This document shows positions 63,636 to 64,000 of a stretch of 64,000 bases of DNA, piece by piece (the stretch's first letter is position 1; every line of letters starts with the position of its first letter). The stretch is taken from assembly GCA_012026655.1 (NCBI GenBank), contig JAAILG010000199.1, forward strand, positions 1 through 64,000, written 5' to 3'. A program made the translations under genes and the position numbers. Under the pieces are notes generated by a model. That model made no database searches, was not told the DNA's origin, and saw only the letters and a list, made by a program, of their open reading frames with translations. Origin of the DNA: Hydrolagus affinis. Its lineage: Eukaryota.

Positions 63636-64000
63636 TAACAGAAGAAAGGTAAAATAAAAGTGTCACCTTTTCGACAAGTCATCACAATGTTTTCATTCAT
63701 TACCCTTTATTACCCATTAATGTATTCAATAATTAAATATGCTTATTAGACACTATTTACTGTTTTTAAAAGAGCACCAAGCTCGTATTTGTCAGAGTAA
63801 TTTTTATGTTCCAAAAATGACAGTGTATTATGGTAATACAATATATGTTGAGGATTTTACAGCAGAATCAAATTATGCAGAATACGCCTTCATTCAAAAT
63901 GTTCTGCTCCGTGAGTGTACTCCCTGCCCCCAGTAAATATAATTCATAATGTCAAGAACATTATAGGCAATAAAACATTGTTGTAATTCATACACATCAG

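Noticed and set aside
1-64000. ORF-track entries as protein-coding genes
   Set aside because: All are 174 aa or shorter, many start at non-ATG codons, and none has a recognisable domain except broken LINE ORF2 pieces. This is the expected background in eukaryotic non-coding DNA
1-64000. CRISPR array, operon, prophage or prokaryotic defence system
   Set aside because: There is no repeat-spacer periodicity and no gene-dense region; the repeat content is vertebrate

Overview
This is AT-rich, CpG-depleted vertebrate nuclear DNA, not prokaryotic. I recognise no host protein-coding exon, RNA gene or CRISPR array. The only ORF-track entries with recognisable protein motifs are broken LINE ORF2 pieces. 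The window is full of retroposon debris: L2-clade LINE fragments ending in (TTG)n tails, CR1 fragments, a young tRNA-headed SINE family ending in (ATT)n, and older DeuSINE (SacSINE1/AmnSINE1-like) copies. This repeat inventory points to a cartilaginous fish, possibly a holocephalan such as elephant shark (inference). The longer LINE fragments are strongly biased to the minus strand, which suggests a large intron of a + strand gene. The most striking unexplained feature is an 81-bp inverted repeat with no substitutions and one 12-nt indel, bracketing ~1.15 kb (33548-34870). Also notable are a possible Harbinger transposase fossil (~2630-3080), a phased ACGTGA/E-box cluster (17521-17570), an unclassified three-copy repeat, a MITE-like palindrome, and nested micro-insertions with target-site duplications. 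Family names come from recall of consensus motifs, not database searches, and TE boundaries are approximate. I cannot support a claim of a novel multi-gene system here.
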